Made by a program: the position numbers and the translations under genes
Notes under the pieces: generated by a model
Databases searched by the model: none
The model's input: only the letters and a program-made list of their open reading frames with translations
Told to the model about the DNA's origin: nothing
IMG/VR virus record: IMGVR_UViG_3300050035_000086
Coordinates: 28,953-92,952 of that record
Direction: 5' to 3' (one strand)
Source of the DNA: a virus
Length of the DNA stretch: 64,000 nucleotides
Shown here: piece by piece, positions 29,502 through 40,959 of the stretch
Layout of the letters: every line of letters starts with the position of its first letter
Numbering within the stretch: the first letter of the stretch is position 1

Positions 29502-31378
29502 TGTTCCTCTTCGTACCGGTCCGAAATTTGCTCGAAGCTGGCGAACTCACCAAACGATGTCAGATAGCAAGCCGAGTTTCCGGTTCCCATCGAGCGACCC
29601 TTCAGGAGCTTCACTAACGTTTTATCCTCGTACACTCCCTTAGTCATCGTGGGGTCGTCTGCTTTGTTTAGTTCTCGGTGAATCGTAACCACTGAGTTTG
29701 AGGCGTCCGCCCAAGCTCCGGAACCTTTTGCATCTGTCAGATGAATCTGCTTGCCCTTTGTCTGCTGCGTTGCCTTCCGGGGCTGACCCACGTTAAAGAA
29801 CACAACCTTGTAGGTCTCAGCTATCTGCTTGATCCGGGTCATTGCCGCTGTCTGCACCTGCGTCTCGTTGTTCATTCCCGTGGTCAGGTGGTGGAAGTGA
29901 TCCAACACGACCCCATATGGCGACAAACGTTTAATAGCAGCCTCAAGTAGATCAAGGACCGCGTTGATGTCATTCAAAACTGGATCAAACCCCACGTAAT
30001 ATTCCACGCCTTCCAACTCATTCGCGGCCTGTTTCTTATCAAAGCCGGTCAGAAAATTTCTATCTTTCCTGAGAACCTGCGCTGTCACCATTGTAGCAAT
30101 CTCAGCAGGACGCATTTCGGCTTGGAAGTTTACAAACGACCGACCGTACTTCCTGGCATTATACAAAGTCCATTGTAACACAAAAGTGCTCTTGCCCATA
30201 CCACTATTCGTGGCATTGATTCCGACCACGTCCCCAGGCATGATGTTCACCATTGTGTCTACGTCGTGCCACGGAGCGCGCATTCTATCTGGGTGATCAG
30301 AGAGAACCGCGTCATCTCCGGACCGCATAGTTTCCTGCAAGGAATATACAGAGGGCATAGGCTGTGACTTAGCCTTGCTTGTCAACTCGTCTACAAGATT
30401 CTTGAATTTTGAAAGGTCTCGTCCGCAGGCTTCGAGGAACGTCTGGTTGCCGTCCTTCATTCCTTCTGGCCAAGTTAGTAGATAGGTCTTCTCCCCCAAC
30501 TCCTTCCATAATTTTTCCATGTACCCGGAGCCGGTTGCGTCCGTATCCCCAGCCAAGACCACGTAGGACGCCTTCATCAACTGGTCCTTCATACCGGGTG
30601 TTAGCTTTGTTCCCGCAGAAGGAACGGATACCGAACACAATCCTATTTGAGCGAGAGCTGCGCAATCGAACTCACCCTCAACTACGTAGACAGGTTCAAA
30701 ACAGTCAATGGCTTCCGTATTAAACAAAGCCGTAGACATCCCCGGCTGACGGCTGAACCCTCCTGGTTTTTTCCTGACGATTGATCTGTACTTGACACCA
30801 ATAACCTTATCCCCTTCGATTGAAGGAAAGGCAATCCATCCCTTGTCTGCTAGGTCTGCTCCTTCGTTTCCAGACAAAGACCCAATATTTTGTGCAAAGC
30901 CAAGTCTTAGCTGCTGGGCCGTTGCAAGTGTTATTCCGCGTTCCTCCCGGAGAAACGTACACGCGGCTTCTGAGTTTGCCAAAGCCTTCTCTAGTGCGCC
31001 CCACCTACTCAGGTCGATGGTTTTATAAACCTTAGACTCAGCTACTGGGCGAAAAGTAGATTCCACCTTGGTCTTAGCTTCCTCCCAAGATGAGGTCTGT
31101 CCAATTTCTTTCTTGACTTTTTCCAAAGCCGTCGCGAAGTCGCAGTTATCTACTTCCTGTAAAAACTGGAATATGTTGCCTGTTTTTCCGCACCCGAAAC
31201 ATTGGAATCTCTGGTCATCAAAAACGTTGAAACTGGCGGTCTTCTCAGTGTGCCCAGGTAGCGGGCATAGTCCCGCGTAGGATTTACCGCTATTCCTCTT
31301 CAGATGAGTATATTTCCCGTAGATTTTAAGAACCGCCGGGTTTTCTTTGATTTCGTCCAGATTATCCACTATGTCCAA
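29498..31378 (-). CDS. DNA primase-helicase (CHC2 Zn finger, TOPRIM, SF4 helicase)
   Basis: CPLPGHTEKTASF...CFGC; VVEGEFD, DTDATG; SGMGKST, VLDHFH, KGSG. Confidence 0.9.
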   Translation of the reverse strand: MDIVDNLDEIKENPAVLKIYGKYTHLKRNSGKSYAGLCPLPGHTEKTASFNVFDDQRFQCFGCGKTGNIFQFLQEVDNCDFATALEKVKKEIGQTSSWEEAKTKVESTFRPVAESKVYKTIDLSRWGALEKALANSEAACTFLREERGITLATAQQLRLGFAQNIGSLSGNEGADLADKGWIAFPSIEGDKVIGVKYRSIVRKKPGGFSRQPGMSTALFNTEAIDCFEPVYVVEGEFDCAALAQIGLCSVSVPSAGTKLTPGMKDQLMKASYVVLAGDTDATGSGYMEKLWKELGEKTYLLTWPEGMKDGNQTFLEACGRDLSKFKNLVDELTSKAKSQPMPSVYSLQETMRSGDDAVLSDHPDRMRAPWHDVDTMVNIMPGDVVGINATNSGMGKSTFVLQWTLYNARKYGRSFVNFQAEMRPAEIATMVTAQVLRKDRNFLTGFDKKQAANELEGVEYYVGFDPVLNDINAVLDLLEAAIKRLSPYGVVLDHFHHLTTGMNNETQVQTAAMTRIKQIAETYKVVFFNVGQPRKATQQTKGKQIHLTDAKGSGAWADASNSVVTIHRELNKADDPTMTKGVYEDKTLVKLLKGRSMGTGNSACYLTSFGEFASFEQISDRYEEEQ

Positions 31379-31741
31379 TCCCCTTGTATATCCCTACTCC
31401 GAAGTTGCCTCCGGAATTCGACCCAGTCTTCGTCTTCGTCGAGCTGGACAGTAATTATCTCAGACGCTTTGTCTATAGCAGTTGGGGCGCTGAAAGTAAT
31501 TCCGAAGAATTCACCCCGGCGCTCTAGGTACTCTCCTGCGAACAAGATGAGATCGGGTAGGGGCTCGTTATTTCTCAAGCTGAATTCACTGATTAGCATG
31601 TCATCTCCTACACTTCCAGTTTGTATCCGTTGTTTTCGGCCCACGTTTCAAGCTGCTCTGCCGAGAACACATCGTCTGGCTCTAGGTTGTTTTGAATCCA
31701 AGACACAGAGTCATCGTTCAGCGCACTACTAAAATCAGGTC

Positions 31742-32320
31742 TCATACTTCCTCCTCTTTCCTCGGACTAACCAGAATCGCGGTTGAGTAGTCAGGCTCCC
31801 AAAGTTGAATCGACTCGTTCGCTTTATTGAACTCCGTCAATGCCGCTTCGAGTTCTTCGAGACCGTTTAGGTCTGACGTACCGGCATCTTCCCACATGTT
31901 GTCCAAAAGATTGCAAGTTACATCTTCCAAATCAACCGTAGGCAAACCGTGAGTTTTGCAGGCCCAGACATATTCAGGCTCCTGCCCCTCTTCGTACCGG
32001 TCGATGGCCTCATCTACAGACTCATAAAATTCATCGCCATCAAGAACGTGATCTCCGGTATATTCTGCCTCCGTGATCTTGGTGGCCTTCTCAAATCGGT
32101 CCCACTCTTTCTTGCTTTCCTTCAGGACCCACTCTTTGTGTTCGCATTCCTCGCAGACTTTGTAGGAGCCATAACGCTTGATTGTCTTTCCGCAAGCGCA
32201 CAGACGCTCTCCGTGGCAGAAGTCCGCCTCTTCCTTCGTTCGGGCGACTACTTTACACTCCGAACAGTAGAAGATTCCCGCAGTAGTTCCGTCTGCTTTA
32301 AAAAGCTCGATTGCTGACAT
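31742..32320 (-). CDS. Hypothetical Cys-rich protein
   Basis: GAGGAGG RBS directly after a 15-bp motif; CSEC, CACG, CEEC. Confidence 0.6.
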   Translation of the reverse strand: MSAIELFKADGTTAGIFYCSECKVVARTKEEADFCHGERLCACGKTIKRYGSYKVCEECEHKEWVLKESKKEWDRFEKATKITEAEYTGDHVLDGDEFYESVDEAIDRYEEGQEPEYVWACKTHGLPTVDLEDVTCNLLDNMWEDAGTSDLNGLEELEAALTEFNKANESIQLWEPDYSTAILVSPRKEEEV

Positions 32321-32355
32321 TATTCCTCCTCGTCCATTATCTGGACACAAAACAA

Positions 32356-33534
32356 TTATATCACAGCTTTGTCAGTTTCGGACAACAAATCTGCGAGAGG
32401 ATCGAAGATATTTTCGTCTGCCTGCTTCATCTTCTCTCGCGCTTGCCGGTCAATCTCGGCTTCTTCTTGGAGTCGTAGGGCGGTCGCGTCTCTCAGGGTC
32501 TTGGCTTTTTCGGCTTCCTGCTTCTGCTTCCGAGCGGAGTACGCGAGGTTGTCCACTATCTGGACAAACTTTCCAGGGGCGTACGACAGGTTTTTGGTAT
32601 CATTCAGGTCCTGCGTTTCGACCCAGGTTTTGAACGCCGACTTGATTTCCTCGGCGGTGAACTCTTTCAGCACTTCTGCTAACCGCGCCCGTTGCTTGTC
32701 TAAGAAGCATACAAGGCCCCCAGACGCGTAGGAAAGCTCCCGGACTAGGGAAACTACCTCTGGGTCTTTGGCGGAGGCTTGTAGAGGCGAATCTGACCTC
32801 AAACGATCCTCAGCGCTCTTCAGGTATGAGGAAATGGCACCATACGGAAAGTCGTCTCCTTGATTTTCCTGAATCCACTCTTCAAAGTCACGGGCAACTG
32901 CGCCGGTCCCGTGGGCGATACCGAGAGCCTTAACGTCGTCCCAGGTTCCTTTGTGGCCACCTGCCTTGGCTCCGTACTGCGCTGCAATTTTGGTAAGTTC
33001 GTCTTTCAGCTTCATAGTTTCTCCTTGTCCGTTATCTGGATTTTCAAAATCTTCTTCAGAGAAAATTTCAGCATCTTGCTCTGAAATGCTCTGCTCTGTA
33101 TCTGCTCTGCTCTGCTCTGCTATATGGCAAATTGTGGCAAGCTCTGGCAATTGCTTAGCATTTGCTTGTCGTTCCTTTGTTTTCTTCATTTTAGCCAAAG
33201 CTCCTGCTTTTCCTGCTCTGGCCCTCTCGGCTCGTACCGCATCGTCGTCTGTTCTCTGCTTCTCCAGCTTAGAGTTGACTAGAGAACCATCTTCTTGCTC
33301 TTCAAAGAAGACCTTGAGGGACGGCCAGCATTCAGACATAACTTCTACTGGGCACCCACAGATGTCTGCAAGCTCCTCTATTTTTGAAGGGATCGACCCT
33401 TCACACCACTGCTCATCCAGAAGATCGCGGTAGAGACCTCGGGCTACATAGTCCAAACGCTGAACCTTTCGGTTGGCGCGCCAGTCTCTCCACAGCCATT
33501 TGAAATAGGGCAGGGGCTCCGTATTTTTTCCCAC
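32356..33534 (-). CDS. DUF1376/YdaU-family replication initiator-like protein
   Basis: LPYFKW...DW......L....RGLYRDLLD.QW..GSIP....LA.I.G; internal repeats. Confidence 0.75.
   Translation of the reverse strand: MGKNTEPLPYFKWLWRDWRANRKVQRLDYVARGLYRDLLDEQWCEGSIPSKIEELADICGCPVEVMSECWPSLKVFFEEQEDGSLVNSKLEKQRTDDDAVRAERARAGKAGALAKMKKTKERQANAKQLPELATICHIAEQSRADTEQSISEQDAEIFSEEDFENPDNGQGETMKLKDELTKIAAQYGAKAGGHKGTWDDVKALGIAHGTGAVARDFEEWIQENQGDDFPYGAISSYLKSAEDRLRSDSPLQASAKDPEVVSLVRELSYASGGLVCFLDKQRARLAEVLKEFTAEEIKSAFKTWVETQDLNDTKNLSYAPGKFVQIVDNLAYSARKQKQEAEKAKTLRDATALRLQEEAEIDRQAREKMKQADENIFDPLADLLSETDKAVI
33077..33167. repeat. Iteron-like and pentamer repeats inside the initiator gene (candidate origin)
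   Basis: TGGCAA three times at 10-bp period (33125-33150), next to a (CTCTG)n tract at 33077-33121. Confidence 0.5.
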
Positions 33535-33581
33535 AGATCGTCCCTCCCATCGTAAAACGTTATTTCCAGTCGTAAAACAGT

Positions 33582-33619
33582 ATTATACTACCTGTTTCAT
33601 GGGAATCCATTATCCGGAC
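33582..33619 (-). promoter_or_regulatory. Candidate promoter of the replication operon with the 15-bp motif over the -35 position
   Basis: TATAAT at 33587-33582 in an intergenic gap; motif at 33605-33619. Confidence 0.5.
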
Positions 33620-33622
33620 AGC

Positions 33623-34150
33623 TTAAAATTCAAGCAGAGACCCGTAGGGAACGTACAAAGGGTGCCAAGGTCTTCCCTCGTTCGTCTTTTTCAGGCACCA
33701 CAGTTTCCGATTTAGCAAAGCCGTAGTTTCTCGGACTCGGCGAATTAGGAACGTCTCGTTCTTGAAAGTTGATCCCCAGGCGGCTACTACGGTCTCCTCT
33801 GGTGGAATCTCTCGAACGTAGGAGTCATTCAGAGGGCCAACCACGTCCAGGCAGTCCCCATAATAGGCTTTTTGCAAATCCTTTGGGTTGGTTGCTCGGA
33901 ATGCGAACAGGTTGATAACCCGAATAGCATTGTATCCGTTGAGTTTAGCAAATCCGACACACTTTCTAATGGTCGGATCATCTTTGTCTGCATCGGCTGT
34001 GCTTGGGTTCAACATTACGAAATTCAGCACCTGTCGTGGATCAAACACGTCGTCCGGCCACTCTCGGTAAAGGGTATATCGGTACCTTCCGTCTTCGCTT
34101 ATTACAGCTTCCTTGTATGTTTCCATTATCTGGACCTTTTTGCCGGACAT
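33623..34150 (-). CDS. DUF1643 protein
   Basis: YRYTL.R.W, FVMLNPSTAD..KDDPTIRKC, NLFAFRAT.P, AAWG, PWHPLY. Confidence 0.9.
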   Translation of the reverse strand: MSGKKVQIMETYKEAVISEDGRYRYTLYREWPDDVFDPRQVLNFVMLNPSTADADKDDPTIRKCVGFAKLNGYNAIRVINLFAFRATNPKDLQKAYYGDCLDVVGPLNDSYVREIPPEETVVAAWGSTFKNETFLIRRVRETTALLNRKLWCLKKTNEGRPWHPLYVPYGSLLEF

Positions 34151-34368
34151 TTAACCGGACACTTCCTCTTCGTCCGGAGCAAGATACTTCAAGTCTAGCG
34201 GGTGTACGGGGACATCGAACTTCTGGCCATCGAAGCGGACATGGACGTACATATCGTAGGACCGTTTTCGCACTACCGTCCCGAACTCAGGTCTATGGCC
34301 TTCCATAGAAACCCTCTGTCCAATTTCAACGGGAACTCCATAATACTGTTTTACATATTCGTAGGCCA

Positions 34369-34638
34369 TTATCGGTCCAACTTTCCACCCAGAATTTTAG
34401 GCTCTTCGGTTTGATCAAGTAGTAGTCCGTAGTGGCTGATGCACGGCTCAGGTAGGTCCTCTTCGAACTCGCACAAATCTTCTATGTCGTCAAAGGAATC
34501 CGCGCCCCAACGAACGTAGTCCAACCCTCCATCTGTGAACGTTCCACAGGGGCAAGACACAAAGTCGTGTCGGTGCCTCGACTCCAGAATTGTATTACAC
34601 TTTTTGCAGCGTATTCGGTTACGTACGATACGTGACAT
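34369..34638 (-). CDS. Conserved phage Zn-binding protein (DUF7695-like)
   Basis: NRIRCKKCNTILESRHRHDFVSCPCG.F.DGG.DY. Confidence 0.7.
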   Translation of the reverse strand: MSRIVRNRIRCKKCNTILESRHRHDFVSCPCGTFTDGGLDYVRWGADSFDDIEDLCEFEEDLPEPCISHYGLLLDQTEEPKILGGKLDR

Positions 34639-35419
34639 TACTCCTCCTCATCTTCAAAATCTAACCACTCGGCTTCGGCTTCTTTGTAGAAGCTAAACTC
34701 CTGATCATAAGCCACGTCGAGAGCGGTTCCTTCGTCAGCGGCTTCTACTTCCGTGTCCCACTGGACGCTTACTCTCCACTTTGACATTATTCTTCCTCAC
34801 GTTCCGCAGTCATGAAAAGCCTGCTAAATATTTTTCCTCCGGGTTCGTCAATATATTGGGACAGCTCATCGGAAGCGGCATACAGCGCTTGACGGAAGAT
34901 TCGAGCGTTCTTCTTTTCTTCTCGTGCCTCTTTTCGGAGTCCTGAAACTATGAAGGAGTGCATATCATAGTCAATCTGATCCTTCTTTTGTTTGAACCAA
35001 AACATTATTCTTCCTCCATTCTAGTTACAGTGCTGGTTCCTACGTATCGAGCGTCCGCGTCGGCTACAAGAGGCGGACACAGCATCTCCATCGGTTCCCC
35101 TAGTTTGAGTCGGATCTCCAGGTAAGATCCTTTGGGCGTTCGAAGTTTATTTGACACCGGGTCGTGGTGTAGACGTTCCCAGGTCTTTGCGTCCAAGTCG
35201 ATGCGGTACTTGCTTCCTGATTTTGTGTGAACGATCATGCTTCCTCCGGTTCCCGAATAATGGCTATAATTCGAGCAGCTTTGTCTAAAGTCATACAGCC
35301 TGCTGACTCGTGCTTGTACCCTCCGCCATCAGGTAGAGGAATGTGCCTACGGTTAATCATCACACTGAAGATAGCCATACCCTCTTTCTTGGCTTTATCC
35401 TTATACTCTTGTTCTACTT

Positions 35420-36592
35420 TCATTCTCCATCCTCACTCTCCAGTTCGGTAAGCCAGTCTATTTCAGGCGTAACAGGTCCGATTTTAACAAGAAGCTGATC
35501 CACCAAGTCTTGGCGATTTAGGCATAGACCCCGCATCCGACACATTGGGCACTTCTGGTTTGGGAAACGGACTCCACCGGTCTTAGGAAAGAAATTTGTC
35601 TCGTACGCCGTCTTGATTTGAATCGTCTTGTTTCCGATCTGTTGTCCGGCGTCTGGAAGATCCTTTTCAGGAACGACCGCTTCTACCCACTGTAGACGAA
35701 CCTTAGTCACATCGGAGAGAGGGACAATTCGAATTCGTCCGTCTTCTAGGTATGTGGCGGACACTTCGGCTTTCTTCTCTGTTGATCCTTTCCCTTTGAT
35801 CTCCGCTAAAGCTGCATCCATTACCTGGACAACTGCGGGGTCTCCCACCACAACCTTGCTTACTTCCCCGGTGTCAGAAGCAGAAGCCTCGACAACTCGG
35901 ATAACTTCAAGGCTGCGTCCCGCTTTCCAATCCTCAGTGTCTGTCAGAAGAGTGACTGAATCTCCCTTCTTCGGCGTCCCTTTGGACTTAACAAGCCACA
36001 GGAAAGCTACATCTCTGATTCCCGAGGCCCACGCATAGTCTTTTAGTTGCGGGTCGAGAGAAACCATACCGGGTGTATCGTCCAGAGGAGCCTTAGCTGT
36101 CTTGATGTCTACGATTATACGCTTACCGTCTTCAAGAGTCGATAGCAAATCGATAAAGCTGGTAAATTCCAAGTCAGATAGATCTGATCCCGGCCACAAG
36201 GACTTGGCGTAGTTCAGTTGGAATTTTGGGTTTCTGATGGGGAGAGTCGGGAGGAAGATTTCGTACAAGCGAAGCATGTGAGCACCCATAAAATACAAAT
36301 CCCGCCAAGACCCCTCCTGAGAGGTAAAGATTAGTTCAATGTCGGTCCACTTCAACCAGATACGCTTGAACTCGTCGATTCCACTTCCTTCTTTGAGACC
36401 ATTTTCATGGTAGAACTGAAGCGCGTCCTCGACGGCCTTGCCGAATTCGAACGCGGCCCTCCGGCCCTTGTCCTTGTACCCATCGATTCGACTCAGCTTA
36501 AAAAGCTGGGGGCAGTAGTCGAAGTCGGAGATCGCCGAGTAGGATAGGTGTCGAATTTCTCGACCGCTGGCTGATTTGTAGAGTACGCTCAT
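35420..36592 (-). CDS. PD-(D/E)XK RecB/Cas4-like exonuclease
   Basis: LSYSAI..F..CP..F, FIDLL....IVDIKT, QL..Y, C-terminal CPMCRMRGLC. Confidence 0.85.
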   Translation of the reverse strand: MSVLYKSASGREIRHLSYSAISDFDYCPQLFKLSRIDGYKDKGRRAAFEFGKAVEDALQFYHENGLKEGSGIDEFKRIWLKWTDIELIFTSQEGSWRDLYFMGAHMLRLYEIFLPTLPIRNPKFQLNYAKSLWPGSDLSDLEFTSFIDLLSTLEDGKRIIVDIKTAKAPLDDTPGMVSLDPQLKDYAWASGIRDVAFLWLVKSKGTPKKGDSVTLLTDTEDWKAGRSLEVIRVVEASASDTGEVSKVVVGDPAVVQVMDAALAEIKGKGSTEKKAEVSATYLEDGRIRIVPLSDVTKVRLQWVEAVVPEKDLPDAGQQIGNKTIQIKTAYETNFFPKTGGVRFPNQKCPMCRMRGLCLNRQDLVDQLLVKIGPVTPEIDWLTELESEDGE

Positions 36593-38415
36593 TCTTCCAC
36601 CTCTCCCGCTAGACGGGTCAGAACCAAAAGAGTATCGATTTGGCTCATTATCAGGTGGTAGTATGTCTGGTCCACGTCGTCAGGATAATCTTTGGACATT
36701 AGTTGGCGCAGTTCCGATACCTTTTGCCGAGCATCATAGCTTGCTTTCTTTGCTGCTGTCTCTTCAATCATTTCTTCTCCAATCCTTTTGCCCAAGACCA
36801 CATAATACTGTGTTGTTTTGCGTGGTCATTGATCTGGTCCATTTGATGGCTCGATGGTCTTCCTTCTAAGCCCAGCGATCTTCGGTCTACCCAATCTGTA
36901 TGAAACACGTCTCGTTTGTTTCCGCAAGCATAATGGCAACTTTCGCAGTAGTACCGCCAAGGGACATCCAGGACATGAATTTTAATGTCCGGATCGTGGA
37001 CTCCGTTGTTGTACTCGGGAAGAAGGGTTATTCTTGGACTGTCGAGTACAATATCAGGGCTAGTTTCTGTTGTCCCACAATGAAGGGGAAAGTAAACGGG
37101 AGCGTAGGCGGGTCGTGGAGGAGACAGAAATATCAAACCCCGACAATCTGTATCGTAGACGATCATACTAATCTCCTAATCCAATCCCACACACGCTCTT
37201 TCCAAGTCATAGGTACTAGAGAAACCTGATTTACTTGGAATACCAATCTAGCTCCTGGCCTGAGACGGGCCATCGCTTCAAAGTATCCTTCGAAGAAGTT
37301 GTGAGAACCATAAACTCCGTTGTTAAAGTTGACAATCATCCAAGGCCGGGGGAACGACAGGAACGGCTCCTTCCCCAGCAGAGTCTGGCTAGCCTCGTGG
37401 AGGACTTCTACCTTCTCTTTGTACTTCATTTCTTCCTCCGTTCATTGATAAGATATGCCAGACATATTTGGCAGAGATCGACCGCTGGCCTGTATGTGTG
37501 CCGTAGGTCGTACCGGTTGTAATCTCCTCTGTAAAAAAGAGTAGTAAGATCGTTCTCTAAGGTCTTTGTGTGACACCTATCACATTCGGAGTTGTCTACT
37601 ACCGTAGAGGTAGATTTAACGTCAATCATTTCTTCCTCACTTTCCCGTCGGACTTCCCCGCCTCGTAGGAATCTCGGGTAAGAGTACTAATCATAAGATT
37701 AACTTCGTCTCGAAATTCTCCCGCCCCGATTGCGACTACCAGACGCCCTGACCAGAAGTTGATAGCTTCAGAAAGGCTCATCTCAGCATGAGTTTCTTGA
37801 TTTTTTCCTAAAGAGTTCATTTCTTCCTCCGTCTTGGCTTAGGCTTGACTGGGTCCGGATAATGGACAGGAGCAGCTTCCAGAAGTTGAACCTTATCTGG
37901 ATACTCTTTGAGAGCTTGCTCAAGAGACATAGGTTTACTTGGATATTCCTTGAGAATTTCCTCCCTGGAAACATCCTTTCGGGTGATGATGTATGTAGGG
38001 TTGTAGGGTTCAATCGGTGCTGATTCGTCTGTTGCTTTGCGTGGCCAGAATCTCATGCTTCCTCCAATGCTTCGCGGACAGCTTCTTCGAGAAGGAGACG
38101 GTCAAAGTAGGGGTCTCCTCCTATGTCTTGGAGGATGATGTACTCTGACCCCTCTATCATCTTACTGACGACGGCCTTGACCAGAAGTTCAAGGTGTTGT
38201 AGCTTCATGCTTCCTCCTTATTAACCCGAAGGTATGGTACTACAGCGGTCTCCTCAATCTTTCTGTTCCATGTTCTGATTGCCTCTTCGTCTGTTCTTTC
38301 GATTCCGGAACTTAATGGACTAGGACAACTCGATCCACATCGGTAGGTGTACTGGTCAAAATACGGGTCTGTGTGCCACTCTAACCAAGGAATCTTTTCG
38401 CACGTTTTACATTTT

Positions 38416-39249
38416 TTAAGTCTCTCCATTGATCTCCTCAACCTTCTGTAAGTATGGTACCACAAATCCCGACGGTTGTCCACTATATGTCACAATCAAC
38501 TTCTGTTCGGCACGGGAACACGCCACAAAAAAGCAGTTCCGTTCGCCTTCGAGATCGGTAGATTTGGAATGAGGTAAAATACCTTCTTGGCAGCTTACTA
38601 GGAAAACCGAGCGCCACTGAAGGCCCTTGGCACTGTGGATTGTTCCGAGGGCCACCCCCTTCTTAGCCCGAGAGGCGGCGGCAACTCTTCGTGTAAAATC
38701 CAGGAACTCTTTTATCGACCGGTACTTACCTGCCATTTTTATCAAGTCAGACAGGTTCTGCAAGGGGTCATTGTCAATGGTTTCTTGTTCTGCAAAATGG
38801 TCTCCAACCTTCAAAGCTCCGAGCACCTGTTTGAGGGCATCAGAGGGGGGAAGGTCTCGGTACCTAGACAGAGAGTGGACGAACTGGACGAAGTGTTGTA
38901 GAGCTTCCACGTTTTTCGGATCAACTAATGTTCTTGGTTCTTTGGTCAGTAGTGTCCAATAGGAGACCTGATCGTCAACTGCTTTTAGCTCCTTGAAACG
39001 CGCGCTTATTTTGGTTTTTGGGAGAAACTTAGTTGGGTGAAAATCGGAGTGGAGCATTCCTGAAATCAAGTAGTTTGCCGGGAACAAGCACGCTCCTAGA
39101 TAGGCCAGACTCGATTTGATTTCAGGCTGCGAAAAGAAACCCGCCCGGTTGATATAGTGAAAAGGAAGATTGGCATCAGACAGAGCCTGCTCAAATGGCA
39201 TCAGCGCTCGGTTGGTCCTCGCTAGTATTGCAGTCGTGGGTTTGTCCAC
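38416..39249 (-). CDS. uvrD: UvrD/PcrA helicase, C-terminal half
   Basis: AILARTN, TIHSAKGLQW..VF, ERNCFFVACSRA. Own GGAG RBS and GTG start. Confidence 0.85.
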   Translation of the reverse strand: MDKPTTAILARTNRALMPFEQALSDANLPFHYINRAGFFSQPEIKSSLAYLGACLFPANYLISGMLHSDFHPTKFLPKTKISARFKELKAVDDQVSYWTLLTKEPRTLVDPKNVEALQHFVQFVHSLSRYRDLPPSDALKQVLGALKVGDHFAEQETIDNDPLQNLSDLIKMAGKYRSIKEFLDFTRRVAAASRAKKGVALGTIHSAKGLQWRSVFLVSCQEGILPHSKSTDLEGERNCFFVACSRAEQKLIVTYSGQPSGFVVPYLQKVEEINGET

Positions 39250-40059
39250 TATTGTTCTCCCGGAATCCGGACAATCTTCCCGTCTTTCCTCAGATATACC
39301 ACCCCACCGGAGACCAGAAGAAAGTCCTTGAGTTGTGAGATAGTGAGGTCATCCGGGGCAACTACGCCTTCTTTTGTCATGGTCCACATACCTGTATCCA
39401 AGTAATCGGAGTATTGTCCAACCGTCGCCTTTACGGGCTCATGGTTCTCCTTGCATTTCCAGCAGAACCAGCCACCGTAGGATTTATTTGCCGATACGTC
39501 ATTATGACATTTGCAATCACAATTTTCCATTATCTGGACTCCTGTTCAAGCTCTTCCCCGTCTTTAACGCACGTCGCACCTTCTATTCTGATAGACCCGT
39601 CAACTGTCCATCGTTTGGAACACCTAGAGCAATAGTAGGTAGTCCAATAGCTTTCGTACCTGTCGTAGTTGCCGGTGTTGGCTCCGTACTCATAGCGTAC
39701 GTTTTGTGGTGGGTGTGGGCAGGCTTCTTGGAAGGCGGAAATTTCTTCGAGCGCCTTCTTAATTTTAGCCTTTAATCGTACGATTGTTTTGTCCATTATT
39801 CGGACTCCTTTTCCGGTTTTGCCGACAAAACGCCCTCTTCAATCATGTAGTTGTTTGGGTCAAAGATCAATGGTCGGATTCGAACAGCTTCTACTTTCAT
39901 AGCCGCAAAAATAGCCGCCTGTCGAATCTCTGAAGGGGTGTAATCTCCGTTCCAAAGTAGACCGGTCATTGTATCTACCAGAATCCGATAGTGAGGATCA
40001 TCTGCATACTTCTGTGCGGCAGATTCCTTAAAGGGTGTGAACTCGTATCGACCGATCAT
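39249..40059 (-). other. Three small coupled hypothetical ORFs (39249-39530, 39530-39796, 39796-40059) inside the split helicase locus
   Basis: RBSs and TAATG stop/start overlaps; two of these overlaps are formed by the 15-bp motif. Confidence 0.6.
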
Positions 40060-40343
40060 TGTTTGTCCTCCGACTTGGTGTGCCAGTAGTCGTAGTAAAT
40101 TTCTATCGTGTACTTCGCAGTAGGTAAGTCGAGATTGCCTAAATACTCTCCTTGCTCGTTGTAAATACGCTCGGACTTGAACTCCTTTTCATTTTTGTCC
40201 ATTATTCAGACTCCCAATACTCATTTAGCAGAATAATAAGACGGTGGACATCTCTTTCGACTTTCTGGTGATCCACATCGTCGTAGTCGATGGATAATTC
40301 CAAGTCTCCAGGTCCTACGATCACCAGAGCTTTATCGTACCGA

Positions 40344-40919
40344 TCAAAGGGTTGTAGAACAAATAGATTTTTCATTCCTTCTCCTGTGCCACTTATTATA
40401 CACCCAAATCCTGAATCTACACCACAAGCAAGTATCGGTCAAATCTAAAGCAGTACGCAAGTCATCCTTCTCTTGACTCAGTAGATCAATCGATTGCTGT
40501 TGTTCTGTTATTTTCATTACCAAAGATTTATTAGACGACCAAATAGAGCGGTTCTCGTTACACTCTCGGCAGGCCGCTCGGAGGTTAGACAGCTTATTGA
40601 TGTTCTTACCTTTGGTAGCTTTTGGGACTACGTGCTCCAAGGTCCGATAAGACGGGGCTCCAGACCCTCCGTCCGTCATTGTTTTCCCACACCAGAAACA
40701 TTTCCACTCTTGGCGCACACAAAGCTGGCGGAGAACCCATCGTCTCTTCTTTTGGTCTGAACACGTATCGGCGTCAAGAAGAGGCGGCTGTCCGAACGTT
40801 TTCTGGACTTCTTCGATTGCCAAATCCCATTCGTTACCAGTAGTTATTTGTCTCTTCTCTTCTTTGGACAGAAATATCTTGGCAAATTTCTTCACCGATC
40901 CTCCTGGTGAGCGCACCAA
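40344..40919 (-). CDS. HNH endonuclease
   Basis: CFWCG...TLEHVVPK....NLRAACRECN. Confidence 0.8.
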   Translation of the reverse strand: MVRSPGGSVKKFAKIFLSKEEKRQITTGNEWDLAIEEVQKTFGQPPLLDADTCSDQKKRRWVLRQLCVRQEWKCFWCGKTMTDGGSGAPSYRTLEHVVPKATKGKNINKLSNLRAACRECNENRSIWSSNKSLVMKITEQQQSIDLLSQEKDDLRTALDLTDTCLWCRFRIWVYNKWHRRRNEKSICSTTL

Positions 40920-40959
40920 ATAACAAACAACGTAAACAAGATTAAGAGTACAAATCCGG

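Noticed and set aside
35420-36592. Cas4-like nuclease as part of a CRISPR-Cas system
   Set aside because: No other cas genes or array; best read as the exonuclease partner of RecT.
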